DNA of 42,382 nucleotides from Octopus sinensis (GCF_006345805.1 NW_021835140.1:1-42382); one strand, 5' to 3'. Numbered from the stretch's first letter, positions 23,339-36,751 are shown. The notes: generated from the sequence alone by a model not told the origin. Program-made: numbers and translations.

Positions 23339-24124
23339 GTATATATATACATATATAGAATGGTTATTATTACTGATTTCTTTTTGACTAGGCACAATAT
23401 CTCATGTTTGTTTTATAGGAAAGAAAAGTAGCACTGTGATGTTAATGCTGTTTCTCAAAGCAATAAGTGATACAATAAGATAGAAAGAAGTGAAATTACT
23501 TAATTTTAAACCGGAAGGCCTGGATCATTTCTAACATGTGATGATACGATCCAGCCGAGTGTTCTATAACAACGTGTGGTTTTAACTACGATGACTATGT
23601 TCACTACGATCAACGGGCATATTGATTGAGAATTATAATTGGGATAGCAATTAGATAAAGGAAAGAAAGTGTTTGTAGGATGTTTGGTGTTTGTGGCTTT
23701 CCAAGAACATTAATAATACTGATTTCTGTTCAGTTATCACAAGGCCAATTATTTATGGATGACATCCTTGGAAGAATGGATGAAAGGAAAAAAAAAAAAT
23801 TTTTAATTTAAAAAGTCGGCCTTCAACGTGATTTGAACTCTGGAGCTACAAACATGAACATTAAACAGAGTAAAAATATCACTCAGTAACGACCATTATT
23901 CACCGCCTTTGTAGAAAACATTGGTAAGAAGGATAGAAAATTTAGAAAGAGTGGGAAAGAAAACAGAGAGGTGAAAGATAAAGTCAATTGACTATCGATC
24001 GAAGGGAAAAATGAAAAAGAAGTGGAGGTATTTTGGCCCCGGCCGGATTTGAACTCAGGATGCAGAGGGACGAAACTAAATAGTGTTAAGGCATTAAACC
24101 CGAGGCCCCGTACCGGTTCTGTCG

Positions 24125-24171
<47 letters not shown>

Positions 24172-24488
24172 CATTATTATTATTATTATTATAATTATTA
24201 TTATTATTATTATTTTTGTGAGTGTGTTGTTTTTGTAGGCAACATTGATTACAAGGCCTCTGATATATATGAGAGTGTGAAATGGTAGGTATTATGTAAC
24301 GTTGATACATTCCCTAATAATAATAATAATAATAATAACAACATAATATTAATAATAATAATAATATAATAATAAATAGTAATACAACAATAATAATAAT
24401 AACTATATGTACATTAAACTGAATGAACTGAACTGGTATTTGAAAGAGTGGTGGTGATAAGTTCTCTTTTCAATATTGATATGTTGTG

Positions 24489-24489
<1 letters not shown>

Positions 24490-24520
<31 letters not shown>

Positions 24521-24592
24521 ATATATATATAATATAGATATATATATATATATATTTATACAACTGTATATATAACGTATATATGTATGTAC

Positions 24593-24659
<67 letters not shown>

Positions 24660-25280
24660 TATATGTGTGTTGTGTGTTTATAAAGGATAAATATGTCGTT
24701 ATGCTGCGGAGCATATGCGATAAATAGAAACAGTTACTTGACCTTTCGTGATTATAGATATCCATCAACGGACGCCAAGCCCTATTGACTTGAAGTGGGG
24801 TGAGTTTTAACGTTCATGCCTTTTCCAGGATATTAGCAGCGCAAATGAAAGTGAAAATGCCAAAACCAGGAATCGGATATGAATATATACATACATACAA
24901 ATATATATATATATACATATATATATGCATATGTATATATATATATCTATCTATATATGTGCAAATCGATATCTATGTATAAATATATACCATTAGCATA
25001 TGTATATATTCCTAAGTGTGCATTGATATATTTATATGTGTATGCATATCTATATCTATATATACATACATATTATATAATCATATATATATATTCATAT
25101 AAATATGTATAAATATAAATATAAGTAGAAATATGTGTAAATATGTGGGTGTATATTTCTTCATAAATATATAAATATAAATGTTTAATAAGGTGTGTGT
25201 ATATATACACGTGTATATACTTATATGTGTGCGAATATACGTATATATACATGAGTTTATATTATATTGTATCATATATA

Positions 25281-25354
<74 letters not shown>

Positions 25355-25619
25355 TATATATCTATATATATATATTCATATGTTCACGACTACGAGCATA
25401 TGTAAACTTTTAAATATTAATATTTTAATAAGTTGAGGGTGTGTATATGCATATGCTATTTCTTGTGTGTATTTGGCTATAATATTTGTTAGACTTACAA
25501 GGTCAAATATATATACATATATATAAATATATATAATTATATATATATATATATACATATATATGTATATATTGTATATATATTATATGTATGCATAATA
25601 TATATATATATATATATAT

Positions 25620-25655
<36 letters not shown>

Positions 25656-26522
25656 GGGAACCTTAGCCATATTCAATGAAGCACCACTCGGTGAATGGTG
25701 GTCACCATTGAAATAACAGGATTGCCGTTCTCTCGTAGTTGTCCTTTCTCGGTGTTTCTGTCTTTTATTTATTATTATTTTTTTTGCTTTGTTACCACCA
25801 ACATTATATCCATGAACAATAATAAATCACCAGCATCAACACCAACACCAACAAATTATTTCCAGATTTACTACCACTATCGCTGTCACTACTAATGCCA
25901 ACACCAACAACATGGCTGACAGTTATTACATTTACCGTTGACGCTTTTTAGTCCCGTCGCCATCTTTGTGACCGTAATACTCTTTCAGCAAGATTTATTA
26001 TGACTAATATAAACGATGCTAATGAATACGACGAAAGGCTTTCTTTAAACAAGGGCTTACCTGGGGTTGAATTCCACATAATAGTGGGCGCAGTAGATTT
26101 CCACAGTTATTTCTTTCAGGCTATAGAGATCACACAACAGGATTTTAGAAGATATACATTTGTCTACATATAAGGGGACGTGGTAGTTGTTAAACATCCG
26201 AAAATATTTAACCCTTACATACATTAAGTCTACATATATAATGTTTAGTCTATATATATATATACATATATATATACATATATATACATATGTATACACT
26301 TGTATACTTGTGTATATACATGTATATATAAGCATATAAATGTATATATATGTATATTGTATATAAGCAATATATATATATATATATAATCAAAATAATC
26401 AGCCCATTTAATTTATATGAATGATACCATAAAAAAATTCTGGTGCCTTTGACTTAAGTACCATATTCATCTGAATCTAAATTTTGCTGAACCTATATAT
26501 ATATATGTATATATATATATAA

Positions 26523-26558
<36 letters not shown>

Positions 26559-26590
26559 TGTATGTATGTATGTATGTATGCATGCACTTA
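24490..26590. repeat. (AT)n-dominated low-complexity tract with (TATG)n
   Basis: Seen directly. It accounts for the YI/IY ORFs. Confidence 0.85.
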
Positions 26591-26912
26591 TGCATATATG
26601 AACGGAATTTCTAAACAACAGAGTTTTCCTCGCACTACCGACTGCAAGTTTCATTCACGTTCTGCCATTTTATAATTTAGCTATCTCTCTTTACTACCTG
26701 CATCTGCCATCTGGTCATTTCATTTACCAGGTGATGTTACACAGCATCGCAAAGTTGTTGAACTACGGATTGACAACATCTGCAGGATCAGACGTACGTC
26801 TATACCTGTGGAACTTTGAGTAATGCAGACCGACGTCACGAACTGTTCATAAAAATCATTTAACCTAAACGTCACGTATTGACCACCACCTTTCTTACGT
26901 TTCCACATCTAG

Positions 26913-26947
<35 letters not shown>

Positions 26948-27208
26948 GTGCGTGTGTATGTACAATTGTTTACTGGCTGTAGACATGCTTCGCTATTGTC
27001 ATACCTCTTCAGAGAGATCTTTGTAGAAGCAAAAAATAGCGAAACAAGTCTGTAGGCAATAAGTTATTGGCTTTTCTCAATTAAATATGCACTATACTAA
27101 TTTCCTTAATTTGTGGACGCTCTAATATTACGATCGCTTATATATATATTAATATATATATATATATCATATATATATATATATTATATATGTCATCTAT
27201 CTATTTTC

Positions 27209-27258
27209 GCATTCTGAAGAGATTTACTTAAACCAGTAAATCGAACGATCGTAATTCT
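27209..27258 (+). ncRNA. Inactivated hammerhead motif (1-nt deletion in GAAAC)
   Basis: CTGAAGA 27214-27220, perfect 8-bp stem II gatttact/agtaaatc, GAAC (one A missing), palindromic gatc, then GTA. Stem I is decayed. Confidence 0.55.
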
Positions 27259-28183
27259 AACCATCATCTCTCTTCTCTTCCTCCTTCTTTGCTACCTATT
27301 TAATAAGACATACGCGTAAACCACGAGTTTCCCATTGTTATTATATCCATTTTCTTCTCTTATATATATATACATACATACCTACATATAATTATATCTA
27401 TATATATATAATATATATATATATATTATAAATATATATTCATATATATATATATGTATGTAGATACACGTATGTTTGGGTAGGTAGGTGTTGGTATTGG
27501 TACCGTTAAAACGAGGTAAGCCCTGGACAGGACAGTGTTCGTCGCGTCAGTGCCCATGTTGTGGAAGCTGTTAGGCAGTGATGGCCATGGTTATAGAAGA
27601 CACTTGTTGTGCAAGCGTCGGCGACCGTAAAGAAATCGTACGTTTGTATTTGTGAGTATGTGTTTGTGTGTGTGTATGTGCGTGTGTGTATGCGTATGTG
27701 TATATATTGAAGCTGTATATGCAAGGATATGCATAACCAAGGTAGAAAGTGCTGGAAGTTGTAGAGTTGGTGGTGTCTCTAGTGTTTGGTAATACGGTAG
27801 TGGCTGTAGCGGTAGCAGTAATGTTAGTAGTAGTAGTAGTAGTGGTAGTAGGAATCGTGGTAGTAGCAATAATGGTAGTGTTAGTAATAGGAACAGCAAT
27901 AGTACTAACAATAACAGTTAGTAATCGTCGTAGTAGTAGCAGTAGTAGTAGTAATAGGAGCAGCAGCAGCAGCAGAAGTAGTAGCTGTTATGGTGGTGGT
28001 GGTGGGGTGATGGGGCTAATGTTGGTGATGTCGGTGGCTCTTGTGCGGATGGTGTGTGAGTTGGGGGAGGAGAGTGACGGAGGAAGAAGAAAGAGTGAGA
28101 AAGAGCGAGAGGGAGAGAGAGAGAGAGAGAGAGACAGACAGAAAGAGAGTGAAGGAGAGAGAGAGGGGGTAGAGAGAGTGAGA

Positions 28184-28218
<35 letters not shown>

Positions 28219-28559
28219 TAGATTATTTTATATCTCTCCGACTTCTCTTTCTTCTTCTTTACTCCCCCCTCCCCTCACCTTACTCCTCTTAGGAAAAAGA
28301 AAAAGAAAAAACAAAAACATACTCCTACCGCCCCCCTACATTCCCATCCATCTGGCCACCTAACCACCATACCAGCCAACCAGTCTTACTTAACCAATTG
28401 TCTTTTGAAAAAAAAAACAACAACAAAAAACCCCCCTGAAAATCCCCCCCCCCCAAATATAAAACAAAACAAAACACCACCAGAAAAACATGAAGAAAAC
28501 ACCAAAAAACAAACAAACATGGAGGAGAACTATGAGGTAGAGTGGGAGAGAGGGAGGAG

Positions 28560-29019
28560 TGGAAAGTGTGTATGTGTGTGTACGTGTGTGTGTGTGTCCT
28601 TGTATGTTCGTGTATGTGTATGTGTGTGTACGTGTGTGTGTGTGTCCTTGTATGTTCGTGTATGTGTGTGTGTGTGTGTGTGTGAGTGTGTGTGTCTGAG
28701 TGTGTGTATATGTTCATGCCTTTGTATATTCGTGTATGTGAGTGTGAGTGTGTGTTTGTGTGTGTGTGTGTGTGTAGTGAGTGTGTGTATATGCGCGTGG
28801 ATACATTTGTGTATGCGTCTGCGTGTTTGTGCATAAGTGTTACGTAATTATGTGTGACATATGTTTGTTAGTGAGTGTGTATGTGTATGTGTGTGTATGT
28901 GTGTGTGCGTGCGCGTTTATATATGTATGTGTACATACATATATGTATGTGTATATATATATATTTTATTTTATTTGTGTGTGTGCTTATGTGCATGTGT
29001 GTATGTATATACACACATA

Positions 29020-29061
<42 letters not shown>

Positions 29062-29185
29062 ATATTTACATAAACGCATTCTTATGTCTGTATGTATGTC
29101 TGTATGTATATACGTATGTGTGTGTATGTATTGTGTGTGTGTGTGTGTGTGTGGTGTGTGTGTGTGTGTGTGTGTGTGTATGCGT
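28560..29185. repeat. (GT)n/(AT)n compound microsatellite
   Basis: Seen directly. Confidence 0.9.
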
Positions 29186-29974
29186 GAGGTTTGCAGGAAC
29201 ATCAGTTTTACAGATCAGATCAACAACGGGAAGTGGAAGGCGGAGGTGGGTGAGTGGCGGTGTGAGTAGATGTGTCGAAGAAAACGATAAACAGGAAGTG
29301 GAGGAAGAGGGGGGAGATAATCATTAGGCTAGGTGGCTGGCTGGCTGGCTGGCTGGCTGCTCAGTTGGTTTCTAGTGGCTGGTTGCACATTCCGTTGGTA
29401 GGTTTCAGTTCTGTTAAATTCGGATGAGTTCGGTTAAGTTCGGTTAAGTTCGGTTCGGTTCGGTTTCAGTTACTAATACGCTATATAGCACAATATATAT
29501 ATATAGCACATGGTGCACGATGTGATGCGGCACAGTGTGCCACAGGTGGATAGGGGGTATGTTTTTTTTTGTTTTGTTTTGTTTTGTTTTGTTTTGAATT
29601 AGTTCTTTTGGTTTGAATTTATTAACATCATCGTCGCCACCACCACCCCACCACCGCCACCACCGCCACCACCGCCACCGCCACCACCACCATCACCACC
29701 ACCGTCATTCAATATTCTTCTCCTCCTCCTTCTCATCACCATCATCATTTCTCAGGATAATTGTTCGTTTCCGTTGTGCTGGTGGTGGTGGTGGTGGTGG
29801 TGGCGGTGGTGGCATCGACGGTGCCGGTAGTGATAGTTGGAGGTTATTAAAAAAAAAAAAAAATTAAATATTTTTTTTTCAAAAAGGTTTTCTCTTCTTT
29901 AGTGAGACGGGTATATGGGGTGGGAACATAGGGAGAGGTGAGTGTGTATCATAAATAATTCATCTCTTCGGCAA

Positions 29975-30012
29975 TTATTTCAATTTACAGGAACCCAGCA
30001 GTTGACGAAATT
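29975..30012 (-). CDS. Terminal coding exon of the same calmodulin-like gene: (E)FRQLLGSCKLK*
   Basis: Acceptor tctttcttcttattgcAG (AG at 30014-30013). Phase 1 completes the GAA (Glu12 of EF4) begun in the previous exon and continues with an EF-hand exit helix FRQLL to TAA at 29977-29975. Confidence 0.8.
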
Positions 30013-30088
30013 CTGCAATAAGAAGAAAGAAGATGACCATGAAACAATAGAAAGCAATATGTAAGTTTGTGTGTATGTGTGTGTGTGT

Positions 30089-30126
<38 letters not shown>

Positions 30127-30229
30127 CTGTTAGAGCGTATGTCTGCGTGTTAGAATGTTTGCGAGCCTATGAGTCAATATTTATGTCTTTGCAATAAACC
30201 GCAACTTCAAAAGCATAGAATAGCATGTA

Positions 30230-30800
30230 ACAGACCACACCCACACGTCATGCCCGCAGACAAAACCCCACAGATCACACCCACACGTCATGCCCGCAGA
30301 TCAAACCCCACACATCACACCCACAGATCATATCTTCAGAGCACGCCTACAAATCACTCCTACAGACCACGCCTACAGACAAACACCCACAAGCCACACT
30401 CAGACCACAAATATAGATCATGCCCACAGACCACACTCACAAATTGTAACCCATAGATCATAGCCACAGGCCACAACCACAAACCACTCCCCCTGACCAC
30501 ACCCACAGATGACATCCATAGAGCACACCTACAAATCACACCTACAGACCACGCCTACAGACAAACACCCACAAGCCACACCCAGACCACAAATACATAT
30601 CTTGCCCACAGACCACACTCACAAATTGTACCAACAGATTTACCCATAGGTCATAGCCACAGACCACTCCTACGGACCACACCCACAGATCACACCCATA
30701 GAGCACTCCAACAGTTCACATCCACAAATCATGCCCACAGATAACACCCACAGATCATACCCCAGGCCATACCTACAAACCATATCGACAGACCACACTT
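30230..30800. repeat. 13-bp CA-rich minisatellite (consensus ~ACACCCACAGATC) with a 182-bp higher-order duplication
   Basis: The segment starting agagcac...gacaaacacccacaagccacac recurs at 30338 and 30520, 182 bp = 14 x 13 apart. Confidence 0.85.
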
Positions 30801-31072
30801 AGGGTTAGGCGGTTCTTCTAGGAGAAGGCCTACTCCAATGTAAAACCTGTGGCTTGCCGTTCCCTGTCTTAGCTTGCTTGAGCCACTGTATCAGACCTTT
30901 CAAGTCTACAGAGCGGGATCAAACTGCGTGCAATGACTCTCATATTGTAACTACTAGGTGCAGGCAGAAAAGAAAGAGATCGGTTTAAATAGTCAATTGT
31001 GGGCGTGCCACTCTTCCTCATGATCTTGCACACGCCCAATCCCATGTACTCATAAACAAATTGTAGATTCTA

Positions 31073-31881
<809 letters not shown>

Positions 31882-31973
31882 TAGTGATTCTAACGCTTTG
31901 GTTAAAACGTAATCAAACGTTCGATGCTCAATTTTGGTTCAACACTCAATGATATTTACAGAATGTATATATA

Positions 31974-32371
31974 GGCGTAGGAGTGGCTGTGTAGTAAGTA
32001 GCTTGCTTACCAACCACATGGTTCCGGGCTCAGTCCCACTGCGTAGCACCTTGGGCAAGTGTCTTCTACTATAGCCTCGGGCCGACCAAAGCCTTGTGAG
32101 TGGATTTGGTAGACGGAAACTGAAAGAAGCCTGTCGTATATATGTATGTGTGTGTGTTTATATATGTTTGTGTGTCTGTGTTTGTCCTCCCCAACATCAC
32201 TTGACAACCGATGCTGGTGTGTTTACGCCCCCGTAACTTAGCGGTTCGGCAAAAGAGACCGTTAGACTAAGTACTAGGCTTACAAAGAATAAGTCCTGGG
32301 GTCGATTTGCTCGACTAAAGGCGGTGTTCCAGCATGGCCGCAGTCAAATGACTGAAACAAGTAAAAAAGAG
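31974..32371 (+). mobile_element. SINE family A, full-length, intronic and antisense to the calmodulin-like gene
   Basis: Complete head, body and tail. Ends ~32 nt from the splice donor. Confidence 0.92.
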
Positions 32372-32404
32372 AAAAAAAAAAGAGTGAGATATATAAAACA
32401 TTAC

Positions 32405-32662
32405 CGTTAAAGTCTATTCTCCCATCATTATTGAGATCTGCTTCCCGGAACATTTCTTTAACATCTTCCTCTGAGATATTCTCTCCAAGGCGTTTCATCA
32501 CCTGCTGCAGTTCCTGTTTATCTATGTAACCATTTCCGTCTATATCGAACACTCTGAATGCCTCTCGCGTTTTCTCGTCTACAGTCGAAGCAGTTACTAG
32601 GCTATGTTGTGAGAATCTCTGCATCATTGTTAGGAATTCATCATATTCCACGTAACCATTTT
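32405..32662 (-). CDS. Internal coding exon of a calmodulin-like EF-hand protein (end of EF2, linker, EF3, most of EF4)
   Basis: Polypyrimidine acceptor ttcctttcttttacAG (AG at 32664-32663) and donor GTaatg (32404-32403). 258 nt, phase 1/1, open: (x)NGYVEYDEFLTMMQRFSQHSLVTASTVDEKTREAFRVFDIDGNGYIDKQELQQVMKRLGENISEEDVKEMFREADLNNDGRIDFN. Canonical loops DIDGNGYIDKQE and DLNNDGRIDFNE. Both boundaries match conserved calmodulin intron positions (DADG^NG and NYE^EF). Roughly half of aligned positions are identical to calmodulin by eye. Confidence 0.95.
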
Positions 32663-32711
32663 CTGTAAAAGAAAGGAAGTACGAAGTTATATGAAGTTAG
32701 CATTTATTATA

Positions 32712-33101
32712 TCTTTATATATAAAAGTAAGGTTGTGTGTCTGTCTACTCCGATTTAGATTCCTAACTACTCCCACATTTTGCGGTGCAGTTTAACCAAA
32801 ACCAGGTATCTTATAGTCGTGATTCATATCGAGCCCTTCTGGGTATTAGCGCGCGTCTACGATGAGTCTACGATTTTAAAAATAATTTACCATCATTTTT
32901 TTCCATTTTCATGCATATTTTTTTAAAGGGAAGTAACTCTCTAAAAATGTCTACGATGAGTCAACGATTTAAAAAAAAAATTACCATCATATTTTTTCCA
33001 TTTTTAATGCATTTTTTTGCTATTTTTTGGCTATAACTCTCTAAAAATGCTGTATAGTTATTTCCCTTACAAACTCGAGCAACGCCGGGCGATACTGCTA
33101 G
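32712..33101 (+). mobile_element. Non-autonomous Helitron
   Basis: 5' TC (A|TCtttatatataaaag), subterminal GC-rich hairpin ctcgagcaacgccggg, 3' CTAG|T, no TSD. Internal ~93-bp tandem duplication (gtctacgatgagtc...). Confidence 0.85.
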
Positions 33102-34656
33102 TATATATATATATAAGTACCCTATTTTTAAATGCCTACAACCTCAGTATGTTGACACATATAGGCAATGAAAATAAAATTAACTACTTTTAGCCATAGG
33201 CTGAAACAGCTGTAAGGAGTGATTTTAATGATTTCAATAATTCATATTATGACTTTTATAATTTGTATTCTTATCTTATATATATTGAATTATAAGGTAT
33301 ATATGTATGCTATTGATGTTCTTATTTTGTTAAATGAATAAATAATCCAACATTATAATATCTGAAAGTTGATGAACAAACTAAATTTGTTTCTCCATTT
33401 TCTTATTTGTATTATATACATATACTAGCTGGTGTAATCGGTAATTCCCGGGGGGTTAAAGATGTTCTATTGAAACGCCTTATTAGTCTTATATAAGAAA
33501 ACTATTTCGTTATAACTGACACAAAAGGTGTATTTTCCGCCACGATAAAGTACAAAAAAGTATTAAAAAAACTGTCAGCTGTAGAAGGGGCTGGAGGAGG
33601 GAGAGATTGTTGGAGGTTGGTGAGAGAGGCTTCTGGAGGTTGTCGAGAGGCAAAGACATTATTCTGCTTGGCGAAGTCATTTGGGAAATGTATAACTGCT
33701 GTCATTCCCAGAAAAACTACTGTTTCACCACGAGAAAAGCGCTGTTGAAGTCTTAAGTGAAATTTGGCAATCGAAGATCGAATCCACGCTATGTCTGCAT
33801 GAAGCCAATACAAATAGGCTGTGGAATAAAACATGTATCTATTGTTATGGAAAAAGTGTAACTGTAAAAATGTAGAATTATTGGAGTAATGGGCATTCAA
33901 AAAAGTATGTATCTATAGAAATGTATGAATGAAGTCCTTAATGCTTAAGAATCAAATTAAGGAAGTGCAATAATAATGTTTAGCAGTTCAAAATTGTGAG
34001 TAGTGAAATGCAGAATTAGATCGGCTGATCGTGAGAATGAAATATTGATCGCTTCGCTAAAATCTGCATGTGGTATGAGTTATTTCCCTTGGGTTGTTTA
34101 AATATTAGTAATATGTAGTAGATAGAAGGATCCATTGGAAGGGCCCTATTATCGATTTTTTCAATAATCTAAGTATTTCATGAGGTTTCTAGACGTGAGT
34201 TCTACTCACGTATAAAATAAAGTATAAAAGTGATATTGTCTGCAAAAATTAGAAATAGCACACACAAAAAATCAATGTTCAAAGTAACCGAACAGAAACA
34301 ATGAAATGGGTTATTTCCCTTGGGTGTTTAAAAAATTATTATTTAAGGTAGATATAAAGGCCCCTTATATATACAGTTTAGATTGAGAATGGAACAAAAT
34401 AAAGTTTGTATGTATAAAATATACAATTTACATTGACAGTTACACATTTGAAATTGGTTTCTTTTCATTGGTCCTTTCGACTAACGGTTTTTTAAAAATC
34501 GTATTATGTGAGATCGAAGAAAATTTTAAATGAAAAATCAAAATTTCAAAAATGACTGTAGTTAAAGGAAAAAAAAACGTATATACCCAGAATAAATTAA
34601 TTACTGGTAAAATAAGCTTAATTAAAAATAAATGTAAGCTTTTATTATAATAATAG

Positions 34657-35519
34657 TCTAATCAACCACCCGTTATATTCAAGAATTTAGTTAGTAATAT
34701 AGGAAAGCGCATATAATCTATATCTGCAGGTGAGATAGCGTTTCAAAATGCCACGCCGTATTGTGGAAGCACTCCGTCGGTTACGACGATGAGGGTTCCG
34801 GTTGATCCGATCAACGGAAGAGCCTGCTCGTGAAATTAACGTGTAAGTGGCTGAGCACTCCACAGACACGTGTACCCTTAACGTAGTTCTCGGGGATATT
34901 CAGCATGACACAGAGAGTGACAAGGCCGGCCCTTTGAAATACAAGTACAAGAGAAATAGAAAGTAAGAGTGAGAGAAAGTTGTGGTTAAAGAGTACAGCA
35001 GGGATCACCACCATAGCTGCCGGAGCCTCGTGGAGCTTTAGGTATTTTCGCTCAATAAACACTCACAACGCCCGGTCTGGGAATCGAAACCGCGATCCTA
35101 CGACCGCGAGTCCACTGCCCTAACCACTGGTCCATTGCGCCTCCTGCCACGCCGTATTATAATAATGCATTAAAGAAAAGCGGATTCTCGGAGAAGATAC
35201 TGTATAGTCAAAGCACTACTAGCAATAAAAGAACCAATAGAACTAGATCATGGTTTAATCATGGTTTAATCCAGCATTTAACATTGCAGTAAAATCTAAT
35301 ATAAGGAGAGACTTCTTGAAACTAGTTTCTAGGCACTTCCAAGAAAACCATAAGATCTTTAGAATTTTTAAGAGAAGGATGCTCAAGATTAGCTATTCTT
35401 GTTGCAAGAGCTTCGCCTCTTTAATTAATCAGCACAACACCAAAACTATTGGAAGCAACCACAGTGCCAGAAATAGCCAAAAATATTGCAATTGTAAAGA
35501 TCAAAGTTACTGTCCGTTC
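34657..35519 (+). mobile_element. Penelope-like retroelement remnant (RT thumb to Cys-rich linker), split by a SINE
   Basis: SNQPPVIFKNLVSNIGKRI*SISAGEIAFQNATPY | YNNALKKSGFSEKILY...[54 protein letters not shown]...[11 protein letters not shown] follows the Penelope-like pattern SNHPP...WFNPP...KxSYSC...CNC...CP. Confidence 0.88.
34763..35144 (-). mobile_element. Family B-type SINE with a third kind of 3' tail and a perfect 14-bp TSD
   Basis: TSD tgccacgccgtatt at 34749-34762 and 35145-35158. Head ggaggcgcaatggaccagtggttagg. Tail ...gtcgtaaccgacggagtgcttccac. Confidence 0.92.
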
Positions 35520-35635
35520 TATTTTTACCCGTGCACACTTTGGTATACATACATACATACATACTTACATACTTACATACTTACATACATACATAACAAC
35601 ATACATATATATATATATATGTATATCTATATCTA

Positions 35636-35681
<46 letters not shown>

Positions 35682-35783
35682 CTTATCTATATATATACAC
35701 ACATACACACATATGCATACATAGTCATACTTATGAAAAAAGGGTCGTTATGTATAACCTTTTCAAACCCCTCCTCCTCCTCC

Positions 35784-35863
<80 letters not shown>

Positions 35864-36079
35864 TTATTTTTAGTTTTATTTAACTTCTTTTTAAGAGAGT
35901 TCAAGCCGGTCGCTAACAAAGCGACAATACTTTTTGAGTTAAGATTGTTCCCGGTGTTTGTAATTATGTGATTGAGTTGGATACCTTACGTTACAGGTAG
36001 TGAACCACTATCCAGATAATCTCTACCAGAAATAAGACCGAGCCAAACCAAAATCATCATCATCATCATAGTAATAATT

Positions 36080-36115
<36 letters not shown>

Positions 36116-36116
36116 C

Positions 36117-36225
36117 TAATCTCCAGGGATACAGTCATCCAGCAACAGGACCTCCGTAATGCCATGGTGGACCGTGAAGTCTGGAGTAGCATGGTAAATT
36201 CCATTGTCTCGACCACGGTCGAACA

Positions 36226-36229
<4 letters not shown>
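36117..36229 (+). mobile_element. Extreme 3' end of an RTE-type LINE within a (TAG)n array
   Basis: ISRDTVIQQQDLRNAMVDREVWSSMVNSIVSTTVEQ* parallels the C-terminus at 9588-9700. (TAG)n lies on both sides. Confidence 0.7.
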
Positions 36230-36257
<28 letters not shown>

Positions 36258-36359
36258 AAGGGCTCTACTTTGACTGTTCTAGGGTTTTGAGGAACCATAT
36301 CTTAGTCACTATTGTTCTTTGGTTCGGATTAGTAGCAGCTGTGAAGATCGCACACGCGC

Positions 36360-36550
36360 ATATGCAAGCATTACGGGCTTCCGCACAGTTTTCGCTGCCC
36401 AAATTCACCCACAAAACATTGGTCGGTCCGGAGCTATTGTAGAAGACATTTGCTTAAGGTGCTGCGCAGTGGAGAGCTGAACCCTAAAACACGTGGTTGC
36501 GAAACGCGCTTCTTAACCACTCAGCCATCGCTGTGTCATATGCATACACG

Positions 36551-36609
<59 letters not shown>

Positions 36610-36730
36610 TCGCATACGCACATATGCAAACATTACGGGCTTCCACACAGTTTCCGTTGCCCAAATTCACTCACAAAACATTGGTTGCGAAACGCGCTTC
36701 TTAAACCACACAGCCATACCTGTGCCATAT
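36360..36730 (-). mobile_element. Two tandem family A-like SINE head fragments separated by (AC)n
   Basis: cattacgggcttcc...cacaaaacattggt and ggttgcgaaacgcgcttctta...cagccat occur twice. The second copy has an internal deletion. Confidence 0.7.
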
Positions 36731-36751
36731 GCATACACGCACGCACGCACG

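Noticed and set aside
32280-32651. Single-exon ORF MEYDEF...RTYSL as given in the track
   Set aside because: It starts at a GTG inside the exon and reads through the donor into intron and SINE sequence. The spliced model fits the EF-hand pattern and calmodulin intron positions.
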